The position numbers and the translations under genes were made by a program. A stretch of DNA of 43,345 bases from an uncultured bacterium (GTDB taxonomy: Bacteria > Bacteroidota > Bacteroidia > Chitinophagales > Chitinophagaceae), in the NCBI GenBank assembly GCA_966193805.1, contig CBIGXK010000001.1, positions 1-43,345 on the forward strand, read 5' to 3'. Of the stretch, positions 43,057-43,345 are shown in pieces (position 1 is the first letter of the stretch; each line of letters starts with the position of its first letter). The notes beneath the pieces were generated by a model. It had not been told where the DNA came from and ran no database searches. It saw only the letters and a list, made by a program, of their open reading frames with translations.

Positions 43057-43345
43057 TTATTCTAAAAAGCCGATCCAATCTTCCAGCATCTTACCTTTCA
43101 TCACCCTGGGAAATTTATGCTGCCCCCCCACCTTGCCTTTCGACTGCATAAATTCCATGAATTTCGACTCCGGTAATATTTCAACATAAATCTCTTTGAG
43201 AGCGCTTTTTCTTTCGACTGCATAGTCGTCGTTCAACTGAACCAGGTGCTGATCTATTTTTTTCTTCAGCTCCTCCGGTTCAATGTAATCGTTGCAGGCC
43301 ACCCACCATTTATGTGCGAAGAAGAGCCCGTAGGGGATACCGGCC
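43057..43345 (-). CDS. GH3 (auxin-responsive promoter) family protein, C-terminal fragment; the 5' end lies beyond the window
   Basis: The reading frame is open to the window edge (...AGIPYGLFFAHKWWVACNDYIEPEEL...GGQHKFPRV...). The C-terminal pattern resembles bacterial GH3-domain proteins. Confidence 0.6.
   Translation of the reverse strand, partial: AGIPYGLFFAHKWWVACNDYIEPEELKKKIDQHLVQLNDDYAVERKSALKEIYVEILPESKFMEFMQSKGKVGGQHKFPRVMKGKMLEDWIGFLE

Noticed and set aside
1-43345. A scan of the whole window for tRNA/rRNA genes, CRISPR arrays, IS elements, integrases, phage genes, toxin-antitoxin pairs and known defence-system genes.
   Set aside because: None was found. Intergenic regions are 217 nt or shorter and show no tRNA-like T-arm or acceptor patterns. 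No repeat-spacer periodicity and no transposase or recombinase motifs appear among the ORF translations. The window looks like core chromosome rather than an accessory island.

Overview
This window looks like chromosomal core from a Bacteroidota genome (Chitinophagia, Sphingobacteriia or Flavobacteriia-like). That placement is my recognition of protein families and of TAnnTTTG-type promoter motifs; no search was run. About 95% of the window is coding, with roughly 43 CDS. The dominant feature is a 14-gene, about 15.5-kb minus-strand respiratory cluster (3299..18828). It runs Alternative Complex III actABCDEF, then aa3-type cytochrome c oxidase (subunits II and I, heme O synthase, two subunit-III paralogues, a subunit-IV-like protein), then an SCO copper chaperone and a DUF420/CtaM-like assembly factor. 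Flanking genes are mostly housekeeping. They include a PLP trans-sulfuration enzyme, trmB, an alkyltransferase-like protein, purN, a class-C-like serine hydrolase, a fused E1 alpha/beta dehydrogenase and an M16 peptidase pair. They also include a tandem-retropepsin+PDZ protease, an MqnC/MqnE-type radical SAM enzyme, a 1336-aa hybrid sensor kinase and an ECF sigma / anti-sigma / CpxP-like trio. Further along are DUF5606 with a histone-H1-like tail, an M3 oligoendopeptidase, a Fur-family regulator with a second SCO, a MerC-like protein, NifU/Nfu, a NadR-like kinase, a GT39 glycosyltransferase, mtgA, a LysE exporter and a partial GH3-family gene. I found no rRNA, tRNA, CRISPR array, transposase, integrase or recognisable defence or toxin-antitoxin genes. 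I cannot point to a clearly novel multi-gene system. The best under-described candidates are: (i) the Fur-family/SCO2 operon divergent from a MerC-like membrane protein, with a perfect 7-3-7 palindrome between them; (ii) an ActA carrying an extra N-terminal monoheme domain and a predicted TM hairpin; and (iii) a recurrent TAnnTTTG motif 3-5 nt upstream of five start codons, suggesting leaderless mRNAs. All functional calls rest on motifs read in the supplied translations and on family knowledge, not on database searches.
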